A stretch of 32,000 nt of DNA, from assembly GCF_000195975.1 (NCBI RefSeq), contig NC_005070.1, forward strand, positions 660,001 through 692,000. Direction: 5' to 3'. This document shows positions 19,307-29,631 of the stretch, one piece after another (within the stretch, counting starts at the first letter, position 1; the number at the start of each line of letters is the position of its first letter). This DNA is from Parasynechococcus marenigrum WH 8102 (GTDB lineage Bacteria; Cyanobacteriota; Cyanobacteriia; PCC-6307; Cyanobiaceae). A model generated the notes under the pieces. The model saw nothing but the letters and a program-made list of their open reading frames with translations. It was not told the origin of the DNA and did not search any database. A program made the position numbers and the translations under genes.

Positions 19307-19329
19307 GAAAGAGTGCTCAGTGAAGTTAT

Positions 19330-20478
19330 TTAGTAATAGAAGGCTCGATCCGAGGGGTTTTGATACACAGCACCGCCACAGGCTGTAGCGACACGCCACA
19401 GGGCACGGTGAATTGGTGTTGAGTCGTAGCGCACAAGATCTGGAAAGCGTTGCCTCAATATGACTGTTCCCCGCCAGGCGTTGTAGTGAGGAATGGCAGA
19501 ATTAATGTGATGGCAAACGTGGGTTGAACCAATGCCGTGGTGTAAAAAGTTCAGCACAGGACCGTAGGGACGATCAACGGTTTGAAGTGCACCTTTAGCC
19601 CAATCCCATGTTTCATTCGAGAAATGAGGGATGTTGCGGTCTGTATGTTGAAGCCAGGTGTAAGAGGTGAGCCAGATATTGATCACGATGTAGGGCAATC
19701 CATATAGGCAGGCAATACGAGCGAACGAGAAGTGAATGGAAGCCCCAATCAGAAGGGTCATCATTGCGATCAAACCGAGGTTCGAACGCACCATGTATTT
19801 GCGGAACGAACTAGGGAATAGGGCACGTTTGCCGTTTCTGAATGGTGCATCGTTCCAGAAGTGTGAGGTGGGGAAGCCATAATCTTCTCCACCCGTGGCA
19901 CCAAGGAACAGGTAAAGCTGCCAGCCAATGATCAAATGGTTGAACAGAGAAATCAGGCCAAACAGTCTTGTGTTGAGCTTTCGTTTCAGCTTTTCTGTTG
20001 CTTGCCCTTGAGGAGAGCTTTCACGGGGTGGAACATGGGTTTCACCCCCTTCAAGATGATTGCAATGGGCGTGGTGAACGGCATGGCTACGAGCCCAGCT
20101 GTAATAGGGAACCAGTAGCGCGCTGTGCAGAACAAATCCCACCACCCCTTCAACTCGCCTGTTGGGATGAAAGGCGTTGTGGCCACATTCGTGGGCCAGC
20201 ACCCAGCAGCCCATGGCGATGGTTCCCGTAACGGCTCCGTAGAGGATCCAGAGCGGAAGAGCTGCAAGCGTGAGCGGAATGCTTGTGCCGACGCAAACGG
20301 CTGCAATCGAGAGGCTGGCGGACATGACCAGACTTCCCCAAGCTTTGTAGGGATTGAACTTGGTCAGCTCGGCCGGTAGCGCATTCAGCAGCTCAGCTTT
20401 GCCTGGATAAATCGTTGAACGACCAGCTTCTGAAACGTGGGGTAGTTGTCGCGTTCGTGGTGGGGTTGTCAGTGTCAA
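19330..20478 (-). CDS. desA: Membrane acyl-lipid fatty-acid desaturase (DesA / delta-12-like)
   Basis: Three histidine boxes are present: HECGH, HAVHH and HVCHH. Hydrophobic helices lie between the boxes. The start is a TTG at 20478. GC is visibly lower than in the flanks. Confidence 0.88.
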   Translation of the reverse strand: MTLTTPPRTRQLPHVSEAGRSTIYPGKAELLNALPAELTKFNPYKAWGSLVMSASLSIAAVCVGTSIPLTLAALPLWILYGAVTGTIAMGCWVLAHECGHNAFHPNRRVEGVVGFVLHSALLVPYYSWARSHAVHHAHCNHLEGGETHVPPRESSPQGQATEKLKRKLNTRLFGLISLFNHLIIGWQLYLFLGATGGEDYGFPTSHFWNDAPFRNGKRALFPSSFRKYMVRSNLGLIAMMTLLIGASIHFSFARIACLYGLPYIVINIWLTSYTWLQHTDRNIPHFSNETWDWAKGALQTVDRPYGPVLNFLHHGIGSTHVCHHINSAIPHYNAWRGTVILRQRFPDLVRYDSTPIHRALWRVATACGGAVYQNPSDRAFYY

Positions 20479-20508
20479 ACGAGAGGTAGCGGTAGGGCGA
20501 CGAACGCT

Positions 20509-20529
20509 GTATTTAGAATTCCTTAATAC
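20509..20529. promoter_or_regulatory. AT-rich imperfect 21-nt palindrome GTATTTAGAATTCCTTAATAC upstream of the desaturase
   Basis: 8 of 10 arm positions are self-complementary around the central T. It lies 31-51 nt upstream of the desaturase start. Confidence 0.35.
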
Positions 20530-20659
20530 TCTAGGCGATGGCTTTTGGCTCCGTGGCTTTTTGGAATGTTGATCACGCTGATGTGGGTGAGTGACGCCGT
20601 GGTCTTCGTCTGCTCAGATTTTTGGTAAGGATTGACGAATTTGGTCAATGGACAAGAAC

Positions 20660-21004
20660 TCAAAACAATTGAAAGGACGTTGTTTTGTAAATCCAATCAT
20701 GAACGGGTTTGTGATGAATAATGTGTTGATGAATGATTGCTTCGATCTTCTCTGTGGTGACGTCGGTGTACCAGATCCCATCCGGCCAGACCACGAGAAT
20801 CGGTCCCTTGTCGCAGATTCTCAAGCAGTCAACCTTGCTTCTGAGAACAACTCCCTCTGGACGGTCGCTGTTCTCAAGCCCAAGTTCCTTGATGAGTCGT
20901 TTGAGTTCATTCCACGTCGCCAAGCCCGTATTTGGATCACAGCATTTGGCTTTCGTGGGAGTGGCGCAAAGCAGCAGATGGTGGCTGACCAGCTGAACGC
21001 TCAT
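20660..21004 (-). CDS. Thioredoxin-like [2Fe-2S] ferredoxin-family protein
   Basis: 114 aa from the ATG at 21004. Pattern HHLLLCATP...KCC...[22 protein letters not shown] is typical of the TRX-like Fd family (C..C...CxxxC..GP). The ATG overlaps the dxr stop (ATGA, 21001-21004). Confidence 0.7.
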   Translation of the reverse strand: MSVQLVSHHLLLCATPTKAKCCDPNTGLATWNELKRLIKELGLENSDRPEGVVLRSKVDCLRICDKGPILVVWPDGIWYTDVTTEKIEAIIHQHIIHHKPVHDWIYKTTSFQLF

Positions 21005-22245
21005 GCCGCCAGCGCTGCCAACGGGACCCGAGTGGTGCCGCGCTTCACCTGTTCCCGCACGGCCATGCGGGCCCATTGATCCACAGCCAGCACGTCCTCG
21101 AGCTGGGGGTGGGCAATCAGATCAGCCTTATGGCGCTCGCATGCCGCCTCGATCACCACAGGGATGTCGAGGAAGTGGATTTTTTCCTCGAGGAATTGAG
21201 CGACCGCCTCCTCATTGGCGGCATTCATGACGGCCGGCATCGTGCCGCCGGCTCTCCCTGCTGCGTAGGCCAGTTGCATGCAGGGGTACTTGGCGGGATC
21301 GGGCGCACGGAAGCTGAGTTGTCCCACCTCCGTGAGATCCAACCGGCGCCATGGTGTTTCCAGCCTGGAAGGCCAGCTCAGGCAATAAAGGATCGGTAAT
21401 TTCATGTCTGGCCATCCCAATTGGGCCAGAACGGAGGAATCAGCCAGTTCGATCATCGAGTGGATGATGCTCTGAGGGTGAATCACGATCTCGATGTGGT
21501 CGTAATCCAGGCCGAACAGATAGTGGGCTTCGATCACTTCCAGCCCTTTGTTCATCAGCGAGGCTGAATCCACCGTGATCTTGCGTCCCATGCTCCAGTT
21601 GGGGTGGCTGGTGGCATCGGCCACGGTGGCGTTTTCAAGGTCTTCGGCTTTCCAATCCCGGAATGCTCCACCCGAGGCGGTGAGCTGAATGCGACGCAGA
21701 CCAGGGGTGGGAACTCCTGTCGAGAGTCGGGCGTTCTCGGCCCAGGGAGTGCCTTGCAGGCACTGAAAAATGGCGGAGTGCTCCGAGTCCGCGGGCAGCA
21801 GCCGGCTGCCGCTTTTCTTCAGTTCCGGCAGCACCACCGGTCCCGCTGCGATCAGCGTTTCCTTGTTGGCCAGGGCCAGGTCCTTGCCAGCGCGAACAGC
21901 GGCGAGGGTCGGCAGCAGGCCTGCACAGCCCACAATCCCGGTGACGACCAGATCCGCGCTCTCCCACGAGGCTGCAATGTTCAGGCCATCGGGACCGCCC
22001 ACAAGTTGCGGACGCTTTCGATCCGTGCCGAGGGCGTCGAGCCGCTGCTGCAGCTCCGGCAGAAGATCAGCATTGGCCAGAGCCACCAGCTCGGGCTGGT
22101 GACGTTGGATTTGCTGCACCAGTAGATCAAGGTTCTGCCCTGCCGTCAGGGCTACAACGCGGAACTGCTCAGGGAATTCCTCGGCGATCTGAAGGGTCTG
22201 GGTACCGATCGAGCCCGTGGAGCCCAGCACGCTGATGGCTTTCAC
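21001..22245 (-). CDS. dxr: 1-deoxy-D-xylulose 5-phosphate reductoisomerase
   Basis: [19 protein letters not shown]-terminus (GTG at 22245), [30 protein letters not shown]. 414 aa. The ORF-track extension to 22398 is rejected. Confidence 0.95.
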   Translation of the reverse strand: MKAISVLGSTGSIGTQTLQIAEEFPEQFRVVALTAGQNLDLLVQQIQRHQPELVALANADLLPELQQRLDALGTDRKRPQLVGGPDGLNIAASWESADLVVTGIVGCAGLLPTLAAVRAGKDLALANKETLIAAGPVVLPELKKSGSRLLPADSEHSAIFQCLQGTPWAENARLSTGVPTPGLRRIQLTASGGAFRDWKAEDLENATVADATSHPNWSMGRKITVDSASLMNKGLEVIEAHYLFGLDYDHIEIVIHPQSIIHSMIELADSSVLAQLGWPDMKLPILYCLSWPSRLETPWRRLDLTEVGQLSFRAPDPAKYPCMQLAYAAGRAGGTMPAVMNAANEEAVAQFLEEKIHFLDIPVVIEAACERHKADLIAHPQLEDVLAVDQWARMAVREQVKRGTTRVPLAALAA

Positions 22246-22249
22246 GCTG

Positions 22250-23644
22250 ATGCGGCAGTTGGCCCAAGTCTCCCACCAAGGGCGACGAACGCTGGCAAGC
22301 TGGCCGACAGCACGACGAAAGCCTGTGGCGAAGGAGCAGTGGCGGTCTGGGCTTGGATTTGTCTTGGCTGCAGCCGGCAGCGCCGTCGGGCTCGGCAACC
22401 TCTGGGGGTTTGCTTATCGCGCCTCCCAGGGCGGTGGTGGCGCTTTTCTCTTGCTGTATCTGTTGATTGTGCTGGTGGTCTGTCTGCCGGTGCTGGTGGC
22501 GGAAATGGTGCTGGGCCGCAGTACTGGAAGCAGTCCTTTGCTGGCCCCCGTGAATGCCGGCGGTCGTCCGTGGCAACCGATGGGTTGGTTGTTCGTCCTG
22601 GCCGCCAGCGGCATCTTGGCCTTCTATGCCGTGCTGATGGGTTGGACCGGCGCCACCTTGGTGCAGACGCTCAGTCAGGGCCTTCCTCGTGACATCGATG
22701 CCGCGGAAGCCTTTTTTGCAGGTCTTAGTGGTGGCCGGTCGGCATTGATCGGGCAGTTGCTCAGCCTGGCGGTCACCGGCGCTGTTGTCGCTGCCGGTGT
22801 GCGGGGAGGGATTGAGCGGTTGTCCCGCTGGGGCTTGCCACTGTTGTTTGTGCTGCTGATCGGCCTCGCCATCTGGGCCGCTGGCCTCGATGGTGCTGCA
22901 GAGGGCTATCGCACCTTCCTGTTGCGCTGGGACAGCGCCGAATTGACCAATCTCACAACCATCCGCAACGCCTTCACCCAGGCCTTCTTCTCCATCGGCA
23001 CAGGCATCGGCTGCATCCTGGCCTATTCCGCCTATCTCGATCGAGAGGCCCGGTTGCCTCGGGAGGCCGTGGCAGTGGTGGGCATGGACACCGCAGTGGG
23101 AATCGTGGCTGGCATGGTCACCTTCCCGGTGGTGATGAGCTTCGGGCTGCAGGAGGTGATCAGTGGATCCACCCTGGGCACCATCTTCATCGCCCTGCCC
23201 ACAGGATTGGCCTCCCTCGGTGCTGCCGGTCAGCTGGTGGCCGTGTTGTTCTTCTCCTTGGCGCTGATTGCTGCGCTTACTTCGGCGGTGTCGCTGCTGG
23301 AGGTGCCTGTGGCTTGCTTGATGGAGCAGCTCTCCTGGAGCCGATCACGGGCTGTCTGGGTGTCCACAGCGCTGATCTTCGTGGCTGGCCTCCCCGCCGC
23401 GACATCCATGGCCGTGCTGGGTTGGATGGATTCTTTCTTCGGCGGCTTGCTGCTGATCCTGGGCGGCCTGCTGCTGGCGCTGCTGCTGGGTTGGGTTGTC
23501 CCTGGTCGGTTTCGGAAGGATCTGAGTGAGTCCTCAACACCGCTGCTGCAGCAAAGACTTCTGCTGGTGATGCTTCGCTGGGTGTCACCCCCCGTGGTCG
23601 CAACTGGACTGGTGATCAGTGTGGTGGATCTGCTGAAAGGCTGA
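22250..23644 (+). CDS. Sodium-dependent transporter, neurotransmitter:sodium symporter (NSS/SNF) family
   Basis: [28 protein letters not shown] signature and about 11-12 TM helices. The start is uncertain: ATG at 22250 or GTG at 22325. Confidence 0.85.
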   Translation: MRQLAQVSHQGRRTLASWPTARRKPVAKEQWRSGLGFVLAAAGSAVGLGNLWGFAYRASQGGGGAFLLLYLLIVLVVCLPVLVAEMVLGRSTGSSPLLAPVNAGGRPWQPMGWLFVLAASGILAFYAVLMGWTGATLVQTLSQGLPRDIDAAEAFFAGLSGGRSALIGQLLSLAVTGAVVAAGVRGGIERLSRWGLPLLFVLLIGLAIWAAGLDGAAEGYRTFLLRWDSAELTNLTTIRNAFTQAFFSIGTGIGCILAYSAYLDREARLPREAVAVVGMDTAVGIVAGMVTFPVVMSFGLQEVISGSTLGTIFIALPTGLASLGAAGQLVAVLFFSLALIAALTSAVSLLEVPVACLMEQLSWSRSRAVWVSTALIFVAGLPAATSMAVLGWMDSFFGGLLLILGGLLLALLLGWVVPGRFRKDLSESSTPLLQQRLLLVMLRWVSPPVVATGLVISVVDLLKG

Positions 23645-23649
23645 TCGTT

Positions 23650-23880
23650 TCAGGCATTCGGGTCGGGCTTGTCTTTCATCAGCTCCTGCATCTTGCGGAT
23701 CCGAGTCAGCATCTTGGTCCAGACCTCAAGTCTCCAGACCTCTTCCGCATCGCCACCACCGGCAATCTGTGCCTGGGCCGACAGCTTGGCATCGAGATCC
23801 TCGCCGGCTTCAAACGCCTTCATCAGCTCCATTTCCAGCTTGGCTGTCTCCATGAAATTGAGGCGCTTCAGCCAGAGCAT
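23650..23880 (-). CDS. Hypothetical small helical protein (76 aa)
   Basis: The ATG at 23880 lies 35 nt downstream of the cysS stop, on the same strand. An alternative ATG lies at 23853. The ORF-track start at 23943 would overlap cysS. No domain recognised. Confidence 0.45.
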   Translation of the reverse strand: MLWLKRLNFMETAKLEMELMKAFEAGEDLDAKLSAQAQIAGGGDAEEVWRLEVWTKMLTRIRKMQELMKDKPDPNA

Positions 23881-23914
23881 GGGGAGACTTGATAGGACCG
23901 ACAGTCTGCCCGGC

Positions 23915-25396
23915 TCAGCTGCGGATCCATTCGGTGATTCCACCGGGTTTGTCGATCAGCTCAATGCCTTGGGCCGTCAGCTCGTTACGGATCCGATCGG
24001 CCTCTGCGTAATTCTTCGCGGCTTTGGCGGCCTTGCGAGCTGCGATAGTCGCATCGATGGACTCGTCGTCCATGTTGGATTGCCCTGAGGTTTCTCCGCG
24101 CAAACCCAGAACAACGGCGAGTTCCCGCAGCAGTTGCCAACGGGGGGCAAGGTTTCGGATGTCGGCTTCGGGTAGGCCTGGCTCATCTCCACGCTCGAGT
24201 CGATTGGCCAGTGCTCGCAGGGGTTTAGCCAGATCAAACAACACCGCCAGTGCGCCAGAACTGTTGAGGTCGTCCTCCATGGAACCGATGAATTGCTGCT
24301 CGAGGGCCTGAAGCGCCTCAGCGTCGGGACTGGTTTGAGGACCGATGGCATCCTCTGACAGGGCAGCGGGACTGGGCCAGCCAAGTTGGTCGCTGTAGCG
24401 CTCACCCAGGCCTAAAGCGGCATTCAGCCCCTTCCAGCCCGTGGCCGCGGCTTCAAGGGCCTCCGCAGTGAAGTCGAGTGGTTTGCGGTAGTGGGCCTGC
24501 AGCACAAACAGGCGCAGGGTCATGGGGGAGACACCGCTCTCCAGCAGGGCGCGGATGGTGGTGAAGTTGCCGAGCGATTTGCTCATCTTCTGGCCGCCCA
24601 CGTTCACCATGCCGTTGTGCATCCACACGCGGGCGAGTTCCTTCCCCGTTGCCGCCTCGGACTGGGCGATTTCATTTTCGTGGTGGGGGAACACCAGATC
24701 GGCGCCACCGAGGTGGATATCGATCGTGTCCCCCAGTTCCGCCCGCACCATGGCGGAACACTCAATGTGCCAGCCGGGCCGCCCTTCACCCCAGGGGGAG
24801 GGGAAGCTGGGTTCACCAGGCTTGGCCCCTTTCCAAAGGGCGAAGTCGAAGGGGTGCTGCTTGCGGGCTTCCTCAGCATCAGCGACCCGTCCCGCAGCGT
24901 TGTCCTGCTGTTCGCTCAGATCGCGGCCGCTGAGCTTGCCGTAACCGGCATGCTTCATCACCGCGAAGTACACATCCCCATCGGCGCTGTAGGCCGCACC
25001 CTTCGCTTCCAGTTCGCCGATGAGTGAGCGGATGCCATCCAGACACTGGGTGGCGCGCGGCATGCGGTCCGGCCTGAGAATCCCCAGTGCATCCATGTCC
25101 TGGTGGAAGGCGTCGATGTTGCGCTCGCTCACCTCGGTCATCGAGCTGTTTTGTTCCGCAGCCCGTTTGAGGATCTTGTCGTCGATGTCGGTGAAGTTCT
25201 GAACGAAGGTCACCTCAAGGCCCCGCCAGATCAGGAAGCGCCGCAGCACGTCCCAGTTGATGTAACTGCGGGCATGGCCGAGATGGCAAAGGTCGTACAC
25301 CGTCACCCCACAGCAGTAGATGCTGGCCTTGCCAGGCGTCAGAGGGGTGAACGGTTCAGTGCGGCGCGTGAGGGTGTTGGTAAGCCGCAGAGACAC
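23915..25396 (-). CDS. cysS: Cysteine--tRNA ligase
   Basis: HIGH motif [13 protein letters not shown] motif KMSKSLGN, and N-terminal [12 protein letters not shown]. The start is a GTG at 25396. Confidence 0.95.
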   Translation of the reverse strand: MSLRLTNTLTRRTEPFTPLTPGKASIYCCGVTVYDLCHLGHARSYINWDVLRRFLIWRGLEVTFVQNFTDIDDKILKRAAEQNSSMTEVSERNIDAFHQDMDALGILRPDRMPRATQCLDGIRSLIGELEAKGAAYSADGDVYFAVMKHAGYGKLSGRDLSEQQDNAAGRVADAEEARKQHPFDFALWKGAKPGEPSFPSPWGEGRPGWHIECSAMVRAELGDTIDIHLGGADLVFPHHENEIAQSEAATGKELARVWMHNGMVNVGGQKMSKSLGNFTTIRALLESGVSPMTLRLFVLQAHYRKPLDFTAEALEAAATGWKGLNAALGLGERYSDQLGWPSPAALSEDAIGPQTSPDAEALQALEQQFIGSMEDDLNSSGALAVLFDLAKPLRALANRLERGDEPGLPEADIRNLAPRWQLLRELAVVLGLRGETSGQSNMDDESIDATIAARKAAKAAKNYAEADRIRNELTAQGIELIDKPGGITEWIRS

Positions 25397-25442
25397 TGCT
25401 GATCAGAAGCTGCGGCTGAGGTTAAGGCGTCCTTTGCTGGGA

Positions 25443-28388
25443 TTATTTGGCCTCCATCCAGTTAGCACCGACGCCCGTCTCTGCCACCAAAGGCACCGTC
25501 AGCTTCACGGCGTTCTCCATGGTGCGCACCACCATGTCTCGGGTTGTCTCCAGGGCGTCGGGCTCAACTTCCAGCACCAGTTCATCGTGGACCTGCAGAA
25601 GTAGTCGCGCTGGGAGCCCCTGGCTTGTGAGAGCAGCCTGCAATTGCACCATGGCGACTTTAATGATGTCCGCACTGGAGCCCTGAATCGGAGCATTGGC
25701 AGCAGCCCGCAGTTGCTGTGCCTCCATACCGCCGCGGCGGGCTACATCCAGATCGATCTCCAGCGGCTCCTTGCCGAGCAGCCGCCCCAGACCGTTGCGG
25801 TCGAAGTGGAACGGTCGCCGGCGGCCGAGGATGGTTTCCACGTAGCCGCGGCTGAGGGCGAGTCGTTCCTGCAGTTCCAGGAATGCGAACACCTTAGGGT
25901 AGCGCTGCTTGTATTTGCTCAGGAAGTCCTTCGCCTCGCTCTGGCTCACGCCGGTTTCCCTTGCAAATCGCTGGGCGCCCATGCCGTAGATCACACCGAA
26001 GTTGATCGTTTTGCCCAGCCGACGTTCATCGGCGCTGACCTCGTCTTTGTCCAACAGCAGTCGAGCTGTGAGTGCGTGCACGTCATCACCGCTGCGGTAA
26101 GCCTCCTGCAGCACCTCTTCGCCGGAGAGGTGGGTGAGGATGCGCAGTTCGATCTGGGAGTAGTCAGCACTGAGCAGAGTCCAGCCGGCCTGGGGCAGAA
26201 AGGCCTTGCGGATGCGGCGGCTGTACTCGGTGCGAACCGGGATGTTCTGCAGGTTCGGGTTGCTGCTGCTCAAACGCCCGGTGGCAGTGACGGCCTGGTT
26301 GAAATCGGTATGCACACGCCCTGTTTCCGCTTCCACCAATTGCGGTAGGGCATCGATGTAGGTGCTCTTGAGCTTGCTGAGCACGCGGTGCTCCAGCACC
26401 AGGGGCACCACAGGGTGATCGTCCCCCAGCTTTTCCAGCACCGTGGCATCCGTGCTGTAACCGGTCTTGGTGCGGCGGGATTTCTTGCGATCCAGTCCCA
26501 ATGTGTCGAACAGCAATTCCCCCAGCTGTTTGGGGGAGGCCAGGTTGAAGTCCACTCCGGCGGCTTCCTTGGCTTCGGTCTCCAAGCGTTCCAGCGTGGT
26601 TCCCATCTCCGTTGAGAGTTCCTGGAGATAAGGAACGTCAATCCGGATGCCCGTGGCTTCCATCTCCGCCAGGACTGGTTCCAGGGGCTGCTCCACCTGC
26701 TCGAGCAGCGTCAGCACCTGCGCCCCCATGGCAGCGAGTTGGTTGCGGAGCAGCAGTGCAAGACGTCGGGTCACGTGCACATCCATGGCGCAGTACTGGC
26801 TGGCTGCCTCCAGAGGCACATCAGCGAAGGTCTGTTTTTTGCCCACCAGGTCGCTGTAGGCGGTTGGTTGGAAGCCGAATTCCCGTTCCGCCATCAATTC
26901 GAGGCCGTGCTTGGCGGCGGCATCGCGCAGGTAATCCGCCAGCAGCGTGTCGATCACCACACCGTCAAGGGCCAGCCCATGGCGCATCAGGATCAAGCGA
27001 TCGAATTTGGCGTTCTGCAACGCTTTGGGGTGATCTTCGCTGCCAAGCCAAGGGGCCAGAGCGGTGACCACCGTCTCCAAGGGCAGCTGAACCGGTTGGC
27101 TGTCCGCACTTCCGTTGTGGCCGAGTGGGATGTAAGCCAGTGCATCCAGCTCCTCACCCCAGCAGACGCCGATGCCGACCAGTTCAGCTTTGAACGGGTT
27201 GAGATCTGTGGTCTCCGTGTCCAGAGCCACCGGTGATCCGGTATCGGTGCAGGTCATCAGGCGCTGCACCAGCCCCTGCAGGGCGGCGGTGTCCTGGATC
27301 AGCTGGGGACGCAGGGCGGGAACGCTCCCAACCGTCTCTTCCAATCCCCGATCGTCCTTGGTGACTTTCGGCCTCGACGACGGCTGTGCCGGCGCAGCAG
27401 CGTCTGCGTTGGCGCCGTAGCCCCCTTCCGAGAAGGCCGCGACGAATCCACCTACCTGGCGCAGCAAGCTGTTGAGCTCCAGGTCCTCGAGGCAGGAGCT
27501 CAGTCCTTCGGCATTCACCGTTGACAAGGGCAGGCTGGGCTCCTGCGGCAGGGGTATGTCCACCAGGATCTCCGCCAGTTTGCGGGAGAGGTAGGCGTTG
27601 TCCTTGTCGTTGCGGAGTTTGCCCTTCAAAGCACCTTTGATGGCGCCGCGGCTGGCCTTTGGTCCTTCTGCCTCAAGCTCCTCCAGCGTGGCGTAAACAG
27701 CATCGAGGTCGTTGTTGTCCTTCAGCAGGCTGATCGCTGTTTTGGGACCAACGCCGCGCACGCCCGGGATGTTGTCGGAGCTGTCACCGGTGAGGGCCTT
27801 GAGGTCCACCACCTTGTTGGGCATCACGCCGAGCTTGCCCAGCACGCCCTCTTCGCGAATCAGGGTTGGGCCACTGTTTTTTGCATAGGGACCACCCCCC
27901 ATGTAGAGCACCGCGATGTCGCGGTTGTCGTCAACGAGCTGAAACAGGTCGCGGTCACCCGACAGGATGCGGACACCCCAACCGTCGTCGGCTGCACGGT
28001 TGGCCAGAGTCCCCAGCACGTCATCGGCTTCATAGCCCGGCGCCATGCACAGCGGCAGGTCCAGCTTGTGCCGCAGGATCTCCTGAAGTTGATCCAGATC
28101 CTGAAAGAACACCTCGGGCGCTACATCACGGTGTGCCTTGTAGTTGGCATCCGCCTTGTGGCGAAAGGTCGGTTCCGCCGTGTCGAAGGCGATGGCCACA
28201 CCCTCTGGTTTCAATGACTTACCTGTGTCCAGAAGGGATTTGAGGAAGCCGTAGGTGACGCTAGTGGGCCGGCCGTCATTGGTGGCCAGGCCCCCTTCGC
28301 CGCCTTTGCTGAAGGCGTAGAAACTGCGGAAAGCCAGGGAATGACCGTCCACAAGCAAGAGCAGGGGCTTGGTGGAGGCCTCAGGCAT
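25443..28388 (-). CDS. polA: DNA polymerase I
   Basis: 981 aa with a 5'-nuclease N-domain, a 3'-5' exo motif ALDTETT, pol motif A LLSADYSQIELR, motif B RRLGKTINFGVIYG and motif C LLLQVHDELVLE. Confidence 0.97.
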   Translation of the reverse strand: MPEASTKPLLLLVDGHSLAFRSFYAFSKGGEGGLATNDGRPTSVTYGFLKSLLDTGKSLKPEGVAIAFDTAEPTFRHKADANYKAHRDVAPEVFFQDLDQLQEILRHKLDLPLCMAPGYEADDVLGTLANRAADDGWGVRILSGDRDLFQLVDDNRDIAVLYMGGGPYAKNSGPTLIREEGVLGKLGVMPNKVVDLKALTGDSSDNIPGVRGVGPKTAISLLKDNNDLDAVYATLEELEAEGPKASRGAIKGALKGKLRNDKDNAYLSRKLAEILVDIPLPQEPSLPLSTVNAEGLSSCLEDLELNSLLRQVGGFVAAFSEGGYGANADAAAPAQPSSRPKVTKDDRGLEETVGSVPALRPQLIQDTAALQGLVQRLMTCTDTGSPVALDTETTDLNPFKAELVGIGVCWGEELDALAYIPLGHNGSADSQPVQLPLETVVTALAPWLGSEDHPKALQNAKFDRLILMRHGLALDGVVIDTLLADYLRDAAAKHGLELMAEREFGFQPTAYSDLVGKKQTFADVPLEAASQYCAMDVHVTRRLALLLRNQLAAMGAQVLTLLEQVEQPLEPVLAEMEATGIRIDVPYLQELSTEMGTTLERLETEAKEAAGVDFNLASPKQLGELLFDTLGLDRKKSRRTKTGYSTDATVLEKLGDDHPVVPLVLEHRVLSKLKSTYIDALPQLVEAETGRVHTDFNQAVTATGRLSSSNPNLQNIPVRTEYSRRIRKAFLPQAGWTLLSADYSQIELRILTHLSGEEVLQEAYRSGDDVHALTARLLLDKDEVSADERRLGKTINFGVIYGMGAQRFARETGVSQSEAKDFLSKYKQRYPKVFAFLELQERLALSRGYVETILGRRRPFHFDRNGLGRLLGKEPLEIDLDVARRGGMEAQQLRAAANAPIQGSSADIIKVAMVQLQAALTSQGLPARLLLQVHDELVLEVEPDALETTRDMVVRTMENAVKLTVPLVAETGVGANWMEAK

Positions 28389-28412
28389 GGCGGAAATCAG
28401 GGTGGACGGAGA

Positions 28413-29513
28413 TCAGTCGCGGCGATCGGCCCAGGGGGGCAGATCAATGAACACGTTTGTTCCCGCTTCCAGGCCCTTCAGGATCGCAGTCTGATCACCG
28501 CTGCTGCTGCCGAGCTCCACCTCCTGAAACTCTGGTTTCTGTTGTTCATCCACCAGCAAAACGCCGGGTTTTCCGTCTTCGGTGACGATTGCAACGGTGG
28601 GTACCAACGTCTTCGGAGTGCTTTGACCGGTCTGAAAGTTGATGTCGGCGGTCATGCCGATCAGTAGTTTCTCCGGTGGATTGACCAGTGCAAGTTTCAC
28701 CTCGAAGGAGGTGACGTTGTCTTGTTTTTCTGCTCGAGGCGCTACCTCACTCACCTGGGCCTTGAAGCGTTCATCTGGGAAGGCGTCCACACGGATCTCA
28801 GCAGATTGGCCGGTGGCAATCCGTCCGATGTCACTTTCCGGCACGCGTGCCGCCACCTCAAGCCCTTTGGAGAGCTCAACGATTGATGAACTGGTGGCAC
28901 CAGCCGTGGCGGAGGCGGTGGTGGTGGGGGTCACGAAAGCCCCTGGTTCTGCATAACGGGCCGTGATGGTGCCATCGAAGGGGGCACGAATCAGACGTTC
29001 ATCCTCCTCTTCTTCGAGCTGCTCCAAACGTTCACGGGCTGCGACCACAGCAGCCTCGGCGGCGATCATTTGGAAGCGGACTTCGCTGAAGTCGTCGGAG
29101 CTGATCACGCCAATGGTGAAGAGCTCTTGACGGCGGTCGAAATCGTCCTTGCTGCTTTGGTAATTCGCCTCGGCCTGGCGCAGCAGGGCCTGGCGTTCCT
29201 GCACGCGGTCTTCAATGTCGCCCGGGTCCATCACCGCCAGAAGCTGCCCCTTGCTGACTTCATCCCCTTCATCCACCAGCAGCTGATCCAGTAGTCCCTG
29301 CTGGCGAGGACTGACGTTGACCTTCTGCACGGCCAACAGCTCTCCACTGGCGGTGATCACGCCGGACAAGGCACCCCGTTCAGCACGGGCGACGTAGGGC
29401 GTCAGATCCCGTTGACGGCTGCTCCAGGGCCCGAAGCGCAGCAGGACGAAACCACTGCCAGCAACCGCCAGCACCAGAGCTGCGGTCAGCCATTTGGGTC
29501 GGGAGCGTTTCAT
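28413..29513 (-). CDS. HlyD/DevB-type membrane-fusion (periplasmic adaptor) protein
   Basis: The ATG at 29513 gives MKRSRPKWLTAALVLAVAGSGFVLL (TM anchor). Also present are a lipoyl-like hairpin (VDEGDEVSKGQLLAVMD), a coiled coil (LLRQAEANYQSSKDDFDRRQELF) and a beta-barrel C-half. No cognate ABC or RND gene lies next to it in this window. Confidence 0.8.
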   Translation of the reverse strand: MKRSRPKWLTAALVLAVAGSGFVLLRFGPWSSRQRDLTPYVARAERGALSGVITASGELLAVQKVNVSPRQQGLLDQLLVDEGDEVSKGQLLAVMDPGDIEDRVQERQALLRQAEANYQSSKDDFDRRQELFTIGVISSDDFSEVRFQMIAAEAAVVAARERLEQLEEEEDERLIRAPFDGTITARYAEPGAFVTPTTTASATAGATSSSIVELSKGLEVAARVPESDIGRIATGQSAEIRVDAFPDERFKAQVSEVAPRAEKQDNVTSFEVKLALVNPPEKLLIGMTADINFQTGQSTPKTLVPTVAIVTEDGKPGVLLVDEQQKPEFQEVELGSSSGDQTAILKGLEAGTNVFIDLPPWADRRD

Positions 29514-29631
29514 TGGGGATGGGACGGTGAGACGGTTGGTCTCCGTCGTGGACTCAGGGTGTCGCAGGGTCTGCAGCATGGGCCCACAAAACTTCACAAC
29601 AGTCTCGCCGCTGGCCGGTAGATTCCGCCCC

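Noticed and set aside
20509-20529. Possible NtcA site, because of GTA...TAC ends.
   Set aside because: NtcA requires GTA-N8-TAC and the spacing here is N15. I saw no GTA-N8-TAC in the other intergenic regions I read.
20566-20628. 20-aa hydrophobic mini-ORF (MLITLMWVSDAVVFVCSDFW) on the + strand between two minus-strand genes.
   Set aside because: It is very short, has no ribosome-binding context, and runs opposite to both neighbours. It cannot be distinguished from chance.
19307-21004. Interpreting the low-GC desaturase/ferredoxin block as a mobile genomic island.
   Set aside because: There is no integrase, transposase, flanking tRNA or direct repeats. The ferredoxin-like gene shares an ATGA junction with core dxr. 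The composition shift alone is insufficient, so it is kept only as a compositional observation.
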